Shown one piece after another: positions 24,916 through 36,877 of a stretch of DNA of 64,000 bases. The notes beneath the pieces are model-generated. The model made no database searches, had not been told where the DNA came from, and saw only the letters and a list, made by a program, of their open reading frames with translations. Numbering within the stretch: the first letter of the stretch is position 1; every line of letters starts with the position of its first letter. The position numbers and the translations under genes were made by a program. This DNA is from Eledone cirrhosa (taxonomy: Eukaryota): the NCBI GenBank assembly GCA_964016885.1, contig OZ024740.1:261392001-261456000 (forward strand), read 5' to 3'.

Positions 24916-26447
24916 CGATAAGGTCAGTCCGTCGTCGCGGTATATTCCCGTGTGGAAGTCCGGGAATCTAACACGTAATATATCTAAAATAAATAGGCCA
25001 ACCAAATCGCATACGTCAGCTCTGTCAAACGATCCCATGGAGACATCGTTGGCCTATTTATTTTAGATATATTACGTGTTAGATTCCCGGACTTCCACAC
25101 GGGAATATACCGCGACGACGGACTGACCTTATCGTACCATAAAAGTGGTCACGACCTCGACCGGTTTAAAAAAGACTTAGCTTCTACCTTCAATGAGTTA
25201 GGACTTAGGATAACAGTAGCTACCAACCTCTCTAGCGTAGATTTCTTAGACATTAATTTAGACCTTCGCACACGCACCTACAGACCCTTCCATAAGCTAA
25301 ACGAAAAACTCAATTACATTCACAAGGACTCATGCCACCCTCCCACTGTTTTTAGAAACTTCGTAAATAATATCAGTACTAGAATCTCAAACCTCTCCTC
25401 TAATAAGGCTATCTTTGACAGGGCGGCACCCTACTATAACACGACGTTGGCTAAAAGCGGCTTCTCACAACCTATCACTTACTCTCCCACTATCAACAAC
25501 AGCAATGAGAAAAGAAAGCGTAACAATAGAAAACTATCTGGTTCTCTCCCCCTTCTCACTCAATGTAAAACCAATGTAGGCAAAACATTTCTAGCCCTCT
25601 TAGATAGACACTTCCCCATAGGTCATAAATACCGCTCCATCTTTAACCGACACAAAGTAAAACTAGGTTACTCCTGCGCTTAGAACATGAAGGCCCACAT
25701 CACCAACAGCCCTAAGAGGAACACCCCACCAGGGTGCTCTTGCCGTAATCCCGACGCTTGTCCCCTTCAACAGCAATGCAACACACCCGCTGTAATTTAT
25801 GAAGATGTGGTCACTTCCAACCGACCAAATCAACCACAAGAGGTCAAATCCTATGTGGGTATGGCGGAGGGCCGATTTAAGGAACGCCTCCTGAACAACC
25901 AGTCGACCTTTAGGTACCCGGACAGACGTTCATCCACGAAACTCGCGAGCCACGTATGGTCCCTCAAGGATTCAAGTATAGACTACTCCATTCAATGGAA
26001 AGCCATCACTAAGTCCAAGCCATACGCAAGGGGAAATCCGTCGTGTGGACTATATCATGATGAACGAATAAATATTCTAAAGAGATTATGCAATAGTGAT
26101 TGCCTAAACACGAGAAATGAATTCTTCACACGTTGTCCACACGTCTCGAAACACCTCTTACATAACTACAAAACTCCGGATTGAATCACAACATCCTAAT
26201 TTTCTTATCAACTTGAAACTTTTCGGACTTTCGCAGTTATCTCCCTTACACCTCTCGTACGCTTTTTAGTATTGCCTGTGTGAAGTGACGGTTTCTGCGC
26301 ATGCGCGTTCATACGGTTGTCCTTCCTGTTCCGTATAACCATGTCCATTAAGATCTGAGGATCCGTTAAGGTGAAACAATTGTTCTCGGTATGGTGAACT
26401 AACTGTTGTGTAACCACTTCTACCTAACTCGTCCCATGGACTGAGTG

Positions 26448-26450
<3 letters not shown>
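24916..26450 (+). mobile_element. Penelope-like element (Naiad-type), 5'-truncated with an inverted 5' segment
   Basis: RT motifs GIYRDDGL and VDFLDI; CSCRNPDAC (CxCx5C); GIY-YIG-like VIY...YVG...FKER; LNTRNE...CPH. 24916-25002 is an inverted copy of 25048-25134. Ends at (CT)n/(TA)n. Confidence 0.88.
26351..26388 (+). ncRNA. Minimal hammerhead-like motif in the Penelope-like 3' terminal region
   Basis: CTGAGGA-t-CC-gttaa-GG-t-GAAAC-AATT-GTT with a palindromic stem III; stem I is poorly paired. Confidence 0.5.
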
Positions 26451-26522
<72 letters not shown>

Positions 26523-28082
26523 GAAGTTAAGCAAATCAAGACCACAAATTCACATAGAAGACATTAGTCACAGAGTATCAACATTAAGTGCATTTAATAT
26601 AGAAAGGGGATAGTAATGTCAGTTTACAATTGTTTCACTACTCCATATAATGTTTCTGGATCAATGATGGTAAGAAAGTTATTGATTTGGTGCAGAGAAG
26701 TATAAGTAACATAGAATACTATTATGGAGCAGATCTTTGGAACCTGGGGAAAGATAATGAGATTATTACTATATATAAAGCAGAAATAAAAATAAAAATG
26801 AAATAAAAATAAAATGGGAGGGTTACGTGTCCGTAAAGAATCCTCAGATTAACAACTCCCTAGATGGGGCAGGTTGGCACTGGAGAATTTCATGTGTATG
26901 GTATAAATAAACATTAGATGTCTGTCGAGGCTGAAAGTAAACACTGCTGCCTATCACACACCAAAATGGCTTCTTGTAGGAAAACTATCTTATTGTATAG
27001 AGATGGGTTTCAAGGGAAGTAACTCCTTGGAGAGCCAAGAATCCCACTAGGAGCTATAACCAAGGTAGGGTAGGGAGGTAGCTTATAGGTATAGTTGCAG
27101 TGGGATTTGTAGCTAAGATAATGCGACGGAGGTAACTTATAGGTGCTTATGTGGTGGACAAATAATGTCATTAATTTGTTAGTTTTAGGGAGGGGCATGA
27201 CTAAAGGATAGGATAAGCTGGGTCGAATATTCTGTTGGCGAAGGAACTCGCTCTGCGGTGGTGGCAGTTGATGACCCACTCGTTCCTGTCATTGATGGGG
27301 AGTGGCCTTGACAACGTTATGTGATAGGCCTCGGTAAGACAGAGATCGCAAGAGTTTGTTCTCCCATTAAATGCAGGAGATCTAGCTAAGATATCCCAAG
27401 CTATTGAATGTTCAATGTTGGCTAGTCTAAGGTTTTTAATGAGCCTAGTTAGAGAAGTTGAGCATCTATTGCTAGGGTCGCGGAAGGAAAATGAGTGCGC
27501 ATTATAGCGAACCTTAAAGGGGTTTGATGTAGAGCCAATATAAGAGCTAGTGGATGAGGCCGTTCTAACCCTGCACCTATATACGATATTGGGCGTAAGG
27601 CACTGGCCGTTAAGCGGGCATGCAGTGGGGTTACGGCAGTTGCAATTACGGTTGCGATTAGTAGGAGTAGGGTTGTTTAAACTATGCGGCTGGTGTATAC
27701 TAGTGGGATTGGAGGGGGGGTATTCTGTTATTATGATGAGTATTGGTACGGCTACGTGGAGTACTTATGGGGGTGGGGCGCAAGGGGGGGGGTTATATTT
27801 TTTTTAGTTTATCATAGTTACTAAATGCCATGTGGCTAGCTAGGTTCTGTGTAGTGGAGAAGGAGATTTTAATATTGTTTTTATTAAAGAGCTTGTAATA
27901 TCTATGGTTGGAGGGGGGGGGGGGTAGATAAGATGGAGAAGAAGCGTTTAGGGATATTGGTAGCTACATTAGATGAGATGGGGGGGGGGGTTAAGCCAGG
28001 TGATTTTTCTAGGCTTGTTGCGTCTATGGGGTCTAGCAGAGTTGGCAGGGACATTACTAGGGTTATTATTGCCAATCTGCTT

Positions 28083-28270
28083 GGCGGTGGATTGGGAGTA
28101 TCGGTAGAGGGTCGGACGCCATGCTTTCCAGCATAGTTACGTCCCTTTATGATCTGAGTTCAAATCCCGCCGAGGTTGACTTTGCCTTTCATCCTTACGG
28201 GGTCGATAAAATAAAGTACCAGTAATGCACTGGTTGATTGCTGGCCTTGTGCCTAAAGTAGAAACAATTA
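28083..28270 (+). mobile_element. tRNA-derived SINE nested in the Penelope-like ORF
   Basis: Full SINE consensus with TSD ATTATTGCCAAT(C/G)TGCTTG. Confidence 0.92.
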
Positions 28271-30248
28271 TTGCCAATGTGCTTGCTAATGGTTGGCCTA
28301 TTATCATTTCTTAATCTAGGGTTGATTCTGAGTCTGCTCCTAGGAGTAGGGAGTAGGCCCCTGCCACTATTACGATTAGCTGTATAGGTATTGGTAGGCC
28401 TAGAATTCCGGCAAATCTGGCTAAATGCTAATGTGTTTCTAGTTCTAGTGTTACAGTTATTGAGGTTGTGGTGAAGTTCTGTATTATGGCCCTTAGGTAT
28501 GTAGTAGATAGACTGTGTATAACTAGATTCAGAAAGGGCCTTATTATAATATGCCGCATGGGCATTAAATATTTCCTCATTGGCGGATAGCAAGGAAATC
28601 CTATATGAGATAGACTTAATGACCGCTCTGGTGACTGCCGGTGGGTGGTTAGAGTGCGGGCTAATGTAAGTAAGTATTTCACCTGGTTTATGATAAGGCT
28701 AATATGGGTTGTTAGTAAGATCAAGGGGGACATCAAGGAAATTCACTACCTTATGGTTAGGTTAGATGGTAATAGATAGACCGTTATTTTAAAAGAATCT
28801 ATGTAGATGTTTTTTGAGCAATTCAATGCCACGATCCGTGCAATTGTGGACCGCAAATAGGGCGCCGTCCCTATATAATCCGCCTTGCAAAGGTGGGAGC
28901 TCAGCTCTAATGTTATGTAAGAGGTAGATTCCAACCTAGTCTATGACTTGCGCGGAATCGCTAGAGCCCATTGTGATATCAAAGTTATCCGCTCTGTCCT
29001 TTCTTGTCCAGAACGAGCCTTTGAATTGGATAATGGTCTGCCTAGCCATAAGGATGATGTCAATCTCTTTATTAGTTATGTCTGAATTAGTGCAAGCTAG
29101 GTTTAATGCTTTGTTAAGCAGTGCCGGGGATATAGAAGCGTAGTAACCGTCAATGTCGAACTGGAGAAACCTCATCGAGTCCTTGGACCCAAGATCTGAG
29201 AACCATATGATGACTTGGCCGGTGTTAGACCACAGTTTATATGTGATAGCGTCTCGCATGCCAGGGATGATCCTATCGAGAATGTTCTTGCTGATACGAC
29301 CCAAGTCAGAGGTGGTTGGGCTAATAAGCCTAATAGAAGGGTTCTCAATAAAGTTGGGTTTGTGATCCTTGAGAGAGAATCTTGGTGTTGTGGGTACATA
29401 TGGGTAGGTGAATCTGTCAAGATGTAAATCCTTAACCAAGGCCTGAGCTTTGCGGTTGAGTAAATTTACACTGGAGGGTTTATCTTTTTTACAATTCTTA
29501 TTAAGTTCCTTAAGGAGGAAAGAATTGTAAGTTTCAAGAGGCATGGTATATAGATTTTTAGTTTTATCGGACATAACGTGTATGAGGTGGCTACTTTTAA
29601 AGTTTTTGATGGTTGTTGCTAATTTAGTGAGAAAGTTATTATTATTCCGATTCAGCTTGTTGAATTTAATGCTCCTGATGATATTAAAGAGGTCCTTCTC
29701 AAATGGGTCCAGCAGGATGTTGTGTGGTGGGTTCTTGCAGATGGTAAATCCATATCTATCGGCGGTACTTCCGGCGTCGGTGGACGTTACTCTGTCGAAG
29801 TGGAAAGCCTTCCATCGTACCCTCCGGATAAATGAATTGATACTCTGTATTAGGAGTTTGAGGTAGGTCTTCTTGTCCGGGATGGGAATGGACTTTACTG
29901 AGATCCTGAGTTCCTGTTTGCTCAACATGGTGGCTTCTAATTTTTAATAGCTCAACAGCGGAAGCTCGAGTATAGGCAGTTCAAGAGTAAACCAATCTTA
30001 CATAGAGAGATAGAAGTAGGATAGGAGAGATTGGTGACGGTATTAGAAGCCAAGCTTAAAAGCGGGTGTTCGATGTGCAATATGCAGTGGAAAGCAGTTG
30101 GAAAACTGGATTCATGCTGAGGTTAGGTGTACAGAGCTGGAAATATTCAGAAGTTAAGCAAATAAAGACCACAAATTCACATAGAAGACATTAGTCACAG
30201 AGTATCAACATTAAGTGCATTTAATATAGAAAGGGGATAGTAGTGTCA

Positions 30249-30370
30249 GTTTACAATTGTTTCACTACTCCATATAATGTTTCTGGATCAATGATGGTAA
30301 GAAAGTTATTGATTTGGTGCAGAGAAGTATAAGTAACATAGAATACTATTATGGAGCAGATCTTCGGAAC
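30249..30370 (-). ncRNA. Hammerhead-like motif with a long stem II loop in the pseudo-LTR (second copy at 26622-26743)
   Basis: Minus strand GTT-CCGAAGA-t-CTGCTCCATA...TATGGAGTAG-t-GAAAC-AATT-GTA-AAC: 10-bp stem II, palindromic stem III and a variant core. Confidence 0.55.
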
Positions 30371-30381
30371 ATGGGGAAAGA

Positions 30382-30568
30382 TAATTGTTTCTACTTTTTG
30401 GCACAAGGCCAGCAATTATCCAGTGCATTACTGGTACTTTATTTTATCGACCCCGTAAGGATGAAAGGCAAAGTTAACCTCGGCGGGATTTGAACTCAGA
30501 ATGGCAAGGGCCGTAACTCTATGCATCAAAGCATGGCGTCCGACCCTCTACCGATACTGCCAATCCAC
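30382..30568 (-). mobile_element. tRNA-derived SINE inserted in the pseudo-LTR
   Basis: Reverse complement of the SINE consensus with TSD TGGGGAAAGATAAT. The other pseudo-LTR has the empty site. Confidence 0.93.
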
Positions 30569-30696
30569 TGGGGAAAGATAATGATATTATTACTATATAT
30601 AAAGCAGAAATAAAAATAAAAATGAAATAAAAATAAAATGGGAGGGTTACGTGTCCGTAAAGAATCCTCAGATTAGCAACTCGCTAGATGGGGCAG

Positions 30697-30729
<33 letters not shown>

Positions 30730-30774
30730 ACCCGTCTAACCCATGCTAGCGTGGAAAATGGGCGTTAAACGTTG

Positions 30775-30819
<45 letters not shown>

Positions 30820-31980
30820 TTAGACGGGTTGTTCCGTTTGAGGCAAGTCGGGTCAGGTGATAGTGTCTTACTAATATAGAACTGTTTCTAGCTTGGTTCT
30901 ACGGCTGATTCTAGCCTTTCTAACGCCAACCACTTTTACAGTGTGTGTTGGGTGCTTTTTATCGTGACTCTTACACGACCATTTTACAGTGTGGGCTGGG
31001 CACTTTTTGTTGTGACAACTACACGACCACTTTACAGTGTGGGCTGGGCACTTTTGTTGTGATAACTACACGACCACTTTACAGAGTGGGCTGGGCACTA
31101 TTTGTTGGGACAACTACACGACCACTTTACAGTGTGGACTGACTGCTTTTTGATACCAACAAAGCAACTTTACAGTGTAAGGGTGATGTGAACAGAGTAT
31201 GCCGGCTTTATTTCTTTCCAATCTTTGCAGATCCTCTGCACACAATGCACAGGTCTCACTACCATGTAACATTTCTGTTCATATACATGTATTGTACAAT
31301 CTGCCCTTCATTTTACGGGGAAAACCTTTTGTAGCTAGCAGCGGTAGTAGCTCCCTGAACGTTTTCCATCCCATTCTTACTCTGGCTACTGTACTTTCGG
31401 AACACCCTCCTCTACTACTAATTAGGTCACTCAGATAACGGGAAGTATCGACTATTTCTACAGAACCGTCTGGGTATTTGAAGGAGCTAGTATCCTGTAG
31501 ATACTTGCTATTACTACACCTGAGCATCGGCCACATATAGAACTTACGTTTTTTTTTATAGATTGCCTGTGATCCCACATCTTTTATGTACCCATACCTA
31601 GCATTTGGGATATAGAATGGAATTTCTACCTACTCCTTTCTTGCACATTGTGCAAGGCCATTTCCCTGATGGAATCTGGGCCATATTTACCTTTCTACAT
31701 ACTAGGGCTTTTTTCTTTGACAAGTTGACTTTAAGACCTTTTGATTCTAGGCCATGCTTCAAGGTGTGGCATTTCTTCTTTAATTCCTACCATCGTTTCA
31801 GCTATGAGGATTAGATAATCTGCATGCAGAAATTCTCATGGGCAGCCAGTCTTAAACTCCTGTTATAGCCTTTTGGGCAATAATAAACAGGAGATGGCTA
31901 AAGACCGAGCCCTGGTGAACTCATACTTGCACGCTAATTTTTTCACTATAGTCGTTGTTAATCCTAATCTTGCTTGGATG
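30820..31980 (-). mobile_element. Decayed RTE LINE with an internal 48-bp tandem repeat (30927-31180)
   Basis: Minus strand RVRMGWKTFRELLPLL, KTGCP and QGSVFS. ACCACTTTACAG units at 30978, 31026, 31073 and 31121. Confidence 0.8.
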
Positions 31981-32212
31981 TGGTCATGGCCATGAAAATT
32001 CCTCAGTAATTGTGAGTCCTAGTATTCGGAGCAATAACAAGGACTTTACTTGCATGCTGTTCCATGTTAAGGAGGGTGAGGTTTAATGATGTATTCTTGA
32101 GATAAGCAGTACTTGTTTTTTTTTGTTTTTTTTTTCTGTTGAATGAGACAAGATTGACATGCCACCATTGGAAGATGTTTTCCAGGTCTCTGATCATGGA
32201 ATCAATCCAGGT

Positions 32213-32252
32213 AGTCTCTTCGGAGGCGTGGGTTTGTAACCCACAACTGCCA
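32213..32252 (+). pseudogene. 3' half of a tRNA-Leu (variable arm, T arm, acceptor strand)
   Basis: AGTCTCTTCGGAGGCGTGGGTTTGTAACCCACAACTGCCA resembles, from memory, the metazoan tRNA-Leu(AAG/TAG) 3' half AGTCTCTTCGGAGGCGTGGGTTCGAATCCCACCGCTGCCA. The 5' half is absent and the T loop is damaged. Confidence 0.65.
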
Positions 32253-32586
32253 CTACAGCCCGTGATTTACACAAATGAAGAGCAGACAGATTTTTAGACG
32301 TGTTACTATACTTCACCATCTCAATTATCTCCTTTTTTCCTTTTAAATATTAAATCATGTGAGATTTTAATTAAAAGCGCACATTCAGAAGGAAGATAAT
32401 TTCGGAAATATTAAATCGAAACATCATCAATGCAGGTTTGATGTGTTAAAGTTACGCATGGATGACACCTGGTTCGGAGAAAGGTTATAAATTAATTAAG
32501 GGTGATATCATTTGGGTATGGGTGGATGGTGTTGGATGTGATAGCTAGTAGGTAATAGGAAGAAGAGGCAGGAAGATAAAAGATAA

Positions 32587-32775
32587 TAATTGTTTCTACT
32601 TTAGGCACAAGGCCAGCAATTATTCCAGTGCATTACTGGTACTTCATTTTATCGACCCCGTAAGGATGAAAGGCAAAGTTAACCTCGGCGGGATTTGAAC
32701 TCAGACCTTAAAGGGGCATAACTCTATACTGGAAAGCATGGCGTCCGACCCTCTACCGATACTGCCAATCCACCG
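32587..32775 (-). mobile_element. tRNA-derived SINE
   Basis: Reverse consensus with TSD AGGA(A/G)GATAAAAGATAATAAT. Confidence 0.92.
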
Positions 32776-32804
32776 TAGGAGGATAAAAGATAATAATAAA
32801 ACCT

Positions 32805-33530
32805 ACAGTCTGATAAATGTGTCCGAACACGGAAGAGCCGAACTCCCACTGTCATCGCCTTCATCTCTCTCACCCCTCCCATCTCTCTCTGTATTATGAG
32901 CAAATGGGGTTCCACGTGCTGGCCGCCCCACGGCCCCGGCGGACAGAATGGAAAAAAGGCGTTTCCCCGGAGGATGGCAAGGGAGATGCGCTGGAAGAGC
33001 CATTCCATCTCGCGAGGCTCACACCTGCGGCTAGCCAGACCAGCGCCTATGGTGGTGATTAGGAAGGTAGCCAGAAGTCTCCACTGCTAGCAGCACGACC
33101 GCAAACCTGTCGGAGAGCGACCGATACTTGGAGAGTTTGCCCTCCTCAGCCCGAAGTGCAGCAGAACCTGGGTTAGTCGCAGGCTGCACCAGGTTGCGGT
33201 TGGAGAAAGTGTCGCTGCAAGTGGCTTCCCAGACGAGGGGTTTGCCACTGCGGAACGGGAAGATGGTCATGCCGTCTAGCCTTTTGCCGTCCCTTCGGTG
33301 CAGCCCCTCCGGCTCAAGCTGGGAGGTGAAGCCTGCAGCGTCTAAGCAATGCTTTATGACCTCGTTGAGGGCGGCATGGCGTGAAAGGCGGCCGGCACTG
33401 TCGCGACAGGAAAGCGGGTGGAGGCCGAAAGAGTCCACGGTGGATCTGCAGCGGGAAGTGTGTTGGGGACAAGGAGTCGATAGAGTGTGCGACAGAGAAA
33501 GTACCGTAGCACAAGCCTCTGTAGTATGAT
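32805..33530 (-). mobile_element. CRE-like LINE 3' fragment
   Basis: HPLSC...RHAALNEVI...DGKRLDGMT...LVWEATCSDT...VETSG...WLFQRISLAILRGNA. Confidence 0.8.
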
Positions 33531-33748
33531 CTGACAGAAGACTAGACTATAAGAGATGACGGACGAAGCCCGTAAGCGAGCAATTTAAAAGATTTCGCAG
33601 ACCAGATATATATAAATTTAGAAGAAACAAGAGGCTGTGTGATTACTTGATAAAGTGTACTTAGAAATAAAAGGAAAGCACAAACAAGGGACAGTCCCCT
33701 CTTCAGTTGTCTGCTGGAGGTCACCGACATTTCAATATATTAATCTCT

Positions 33749-33834
<86 letters not shown>

Positions 33835-33841
<7 letters not shown>

Positions 33842-34074
33842 TAAACGGAATAGAAAATGCTGACAAATTGTTCACGAGCAAACAGCACGGACACTCTATC
33901 TCAAAATTATTTTTGAAAAGCATTTAGAAATGCGCAACCGGTAAAAACTTAAAAACTTAAAACCACAACTGAATACTAACCCATACAATCACTAATACTC
34001 TTTTATTCCTAATTAAACCATTTTTCAACTGTGAACAATTTGTCAGCATTTTCTATTCCGTTTACCAATATATA
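33835..34074. repeat. Inverted repeat (~42-bp arms) between two (TA)n tracts
   Basis: TATTGGTAAACGGAATAGAAAATGCTGACAAATTGTTCAC (to 33875) is the reverse complement of 34031-34070. Confidence 0.85.
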
Positions 34075-34103
34075 ATAACTTGTGTGTTACACCTCTATTC
34101 TTT

Positions 34104-34196
<93 letters not shown>

Positions 34197-34333
34197 TGAA
34201 GTAAAAGTTCAGTGGAAATATCCAAGAGTAAGAGCACTCAGTCCATAGGACGAGTTTAGTATAAATAATTACAACAGTGACATAAACAGGTACTCAAGTT
34301 TCGTTGGTCATCTTTTTTTTTCATTTTTCTCAT

Positions 34334-34385
34334 GACAGGCTGAAGAAATTGGGGCCCGGAACCCAACGAAACTTGAGTACCTGTT
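34334..34385 (+). ncRNA. Minimal type I hammerhead ribozyme-like motif
   Basis: GACAGG-CTGAAGA-aa-TTGGG-gcccggaa-CCCAA-c-GAAAC-TTGA-GTA-CCTGTT: canonical core, 6-bp stem I, 5-bp stem II and a GUA cleavage triplet. Confidence 0.7.
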
Positions 34386-34414
34386 TATATCACTGTTGTA
34401 ATTATATATATATA

Positions 34415-34828
34415 TCGCTGCCATGTCCTGCGTCTCCAACAGACCAGTGTCTGTCCTTAGGGCATCAACATACGTTAACCTAGGTTTTCCTCTTCTAGTG
34501 TGTCCATGTAGGGGCTACCACAAGAGCACTGAGTGCAATGTCAACTCTGGATGTCGGTGAGCATGTCCAGCTAACCTCAGTCTCCTCTGTGTCACTTTTG
34601 AGCTGACTTTTGGGATGCTCCCATACAGCTCTGAGTTTTTCATCCTCAGTGTATACTGATTAATGTTCAGAGCCATCCTCAGCATTCTCGTGTAGCACCC
34701 ATCCACCATCTGAGTGAGTTTCTTGGTTAGTGTCCAAGTCTCAGACGCAGGACATGGCAGCGATAATGAGGGACAGAGACCGCTGGAGAGAACTCGTCCA
34801 TGGATCTCGGGAATTTTACCCGCCTTAG
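34415..34828. mobile_element. RTE-like LINE 3' end with a 5' inversion
   Basis: 34415-34742 on the minus strand encodes ETWTLTKK...RRLRLAGH...ETQDMAA. 34743-34828 on the plus strand continues TQDMAAIMRDRDRWRELV*. About 20 bp is duplicated at the junction. Confidence 0.75.
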
Positions 34829-35173
34829 ATATATATATATATATATATACACATAAAAATAAAGGAAACAAAAAACGAACAAACCAGAAGATGCAAACAC
34901 ATGAAGTGTATTAGTTTCACGCTTTGAGGAAGAAGAGTTATATATATAAAGAGAGATAGCAGTTGTCAGTACATGCTACCATAGTGCGATCTGATAGGAA
35001 GTTACCTATACAAGAGATGACAGACAGGAGACAGGTGAAGGCCATAGGCTGAAATAGGTTTACATGCATGACACGGCCGAAAGTTCTGATGATATTGTTT
35101 TTATCAAATTTAGAGAGGGTGTATGTGGGAAAGAGATGGATAGAGCGAGTGATAGAAAGTGTGTTTGTGCGTC

Positions 35174-35246
<73 letters not shown>

Positions 35247-35389
35247 TAGATAGAACAGTTGCCAGTGTAGTTAGCTACCTGTTAATTAATCATTTGTTGT
35301 CACCTGTCACTGTAATCCAGCATCACATATTGAGTGATTATCAGGGTTAAAACTGGAAAGATTAGAAGAAAATGGTACCGTCCATATCT

Positions 35390-35715
35390 CACCACCACCA
35401 CCACCACCATTACCTCACCACCCCAGCTACCACAACCAGCACCAGCACCGGCACCAGCACCACCACCATCACTTCCACTACCACACCATCACAGCTACCA
35501 CAACCAGCACCACCAGCACCAACACCAGCAGCACCAACACCACCACCGCAGCCACCACCACCACCACCACCACAAAACGCACAACCATCATCATAATCAT
35601 CACCACCACCAACACCACAACCATTACCACCAACATCACCCCCCCCCACACCTCCGCCATCACAACCCTACCACCATCATAGCCAGCACCACCATCACAA
35701 CTTCCACTACAACCA
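35390..35715. repeat. (CAC/CAG/CAT)n low-complexity tract
   Basis: Degenerate trinucleotide repeats. Confidence 0.9.
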
Positions 35716-36330
35716 GCCGATTCGTCAAGTCTGAAATTAGCTGTCGAAACAGCATGAACTAAGCCGTATGTGGTTGACGACCGAGAGAAGAGAACTCAAT
35801 ACCGAAATAGAGTTTAAATATTCATTGTATTAAGGCTAAATAGTGTCTTGTTACACTTGAGTTTCGCCTGTTTATCACATAGTCACTAGTCACACACACG
35901 CGCGCGTGTGTGTGTGCAACTACAACGGTCATTATCACCTTCATCCCTCACATCTAAACTCCATGTTTGTTTTGATATGATCTCACATTTGTTTTTGATG
36001 TCAGTGCAAAGCTGTAAATCCTAGCAACCCGAATTCAGCCAGTGTTTCTGGTAGACTTTAAACAACACGTTACAGCAAAGTCAGCTTTGGTAACTTAACT
36101 GTGGATGTTTTGACAGGCATAGCAGAGAGCTGATGAGCAGTCTCTGAAGCCCCCCCCCCCCTACATACACACGATAAATCATAACAAAAGCTAACGAAAA
36201 CAAACAAAACAAAAGAGATGTTTAGTGAAATGAAATGACGGCGGTGGTAATGGTGAAGGAGATGATGGTGTAACATTTTTATGCATGTGTGTGCGTGTGT
36301 GTTCACCTGTGTGCGCGCGCCAGTGTATGG

Positions 36331-36396
<66 letters not shown>

Positions 36397-36744
36397 ATAT
36401 GTATTAATTGAAATGAAGAGGCTTTAGAAATAATTCAGTTTCACAGTTGAAGGTGGCTGTGTAACGAAAGTAAAATTATATTTGACAGCAACCAGCGTTG
36501 CCAAAACTATATCATAAAGGGAATTAGTCGATCGTCAGATGTTAGATCAGATCAGACCAGAGAAAAATAGTTTCCATTGTTTTTTTTTTACATTACTTAG
36601 TCTCGGATGAGCCTGAGTCTCAATATGTAAACTAAAATGCTAATTCTGGTTTTTAAAAAATCAAGGAAGACAACCTAGAAAAATCTCCGATTCCCCCTCC
36701 ATTATTTGGGACCGGATAGTATGCGATCTGCCGGTCGAAACTAT

Positions 36745-36877
36745 TGATAGAAGGAGCAACATCAAATAAAAGTGTCTTGCTCAATAACACAACACATCGT
36801 CCTGAGCCCAGGTATTGAACCCACAACCTATAATCCCGAGTCCAACACTCCTAACCACTGGATCACGCACCTTCACA
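36745..36877 (-). mobile_element. Second tRNA-derived SINE family fragment
   Basis: Minus strand has A-box-like TGATCCAGTGG, B-box-like GGTTCAATACC, then GTGTTGTGTTATTGAGCAAGACAC. A related fragment lies at ~9520-9590. Confidence 0.6.

Larger units (their letters stand above)
26519..30696 (-). mobile_element. Near full-length Penelope-like element (Naiad-type) with direct pseudo-LTRs, inserted in (TA)n
   Basis: Disrupted ORF from 29928 to ~27201 with SFIRRVRWKAF, QFDIDGYY, MGSSDSA, GLYRD, CNCRNPTAC, IVY...YIG...FKVR and CDLCLTE. ~350-bp direct repeats at 26519-26872 and 30146-30696 (the latter split by a SINE). (TA)n on both sides. Confidence 0.92.

Noticed and set aside
25447-29928. Selenocysteine-encoding Naiad elements
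   Set aside because: The Cys positions I read are ordinary Cys codons (one mutated to Tyr). The in-frame stops checked at ~25681 and ~28936 are TAG at non-Cys positions.
35260-35282. miR-34-like sequence TGCCAGTGTAGTTAGCTACCTG
   Set aside because: It mismatches in the seed and at the 3' end relative to miR-34 as I recall it, and I see no convincing precursor hairpin.
35334-35762. His-rich or Pro-rich protein (cephalopod beak-like histidine-rich protein)
   Set aside because: A degenerate (CAC)n tract is open in several frames on both strands. There is no signal peptide, Gly-His motif or splice support.
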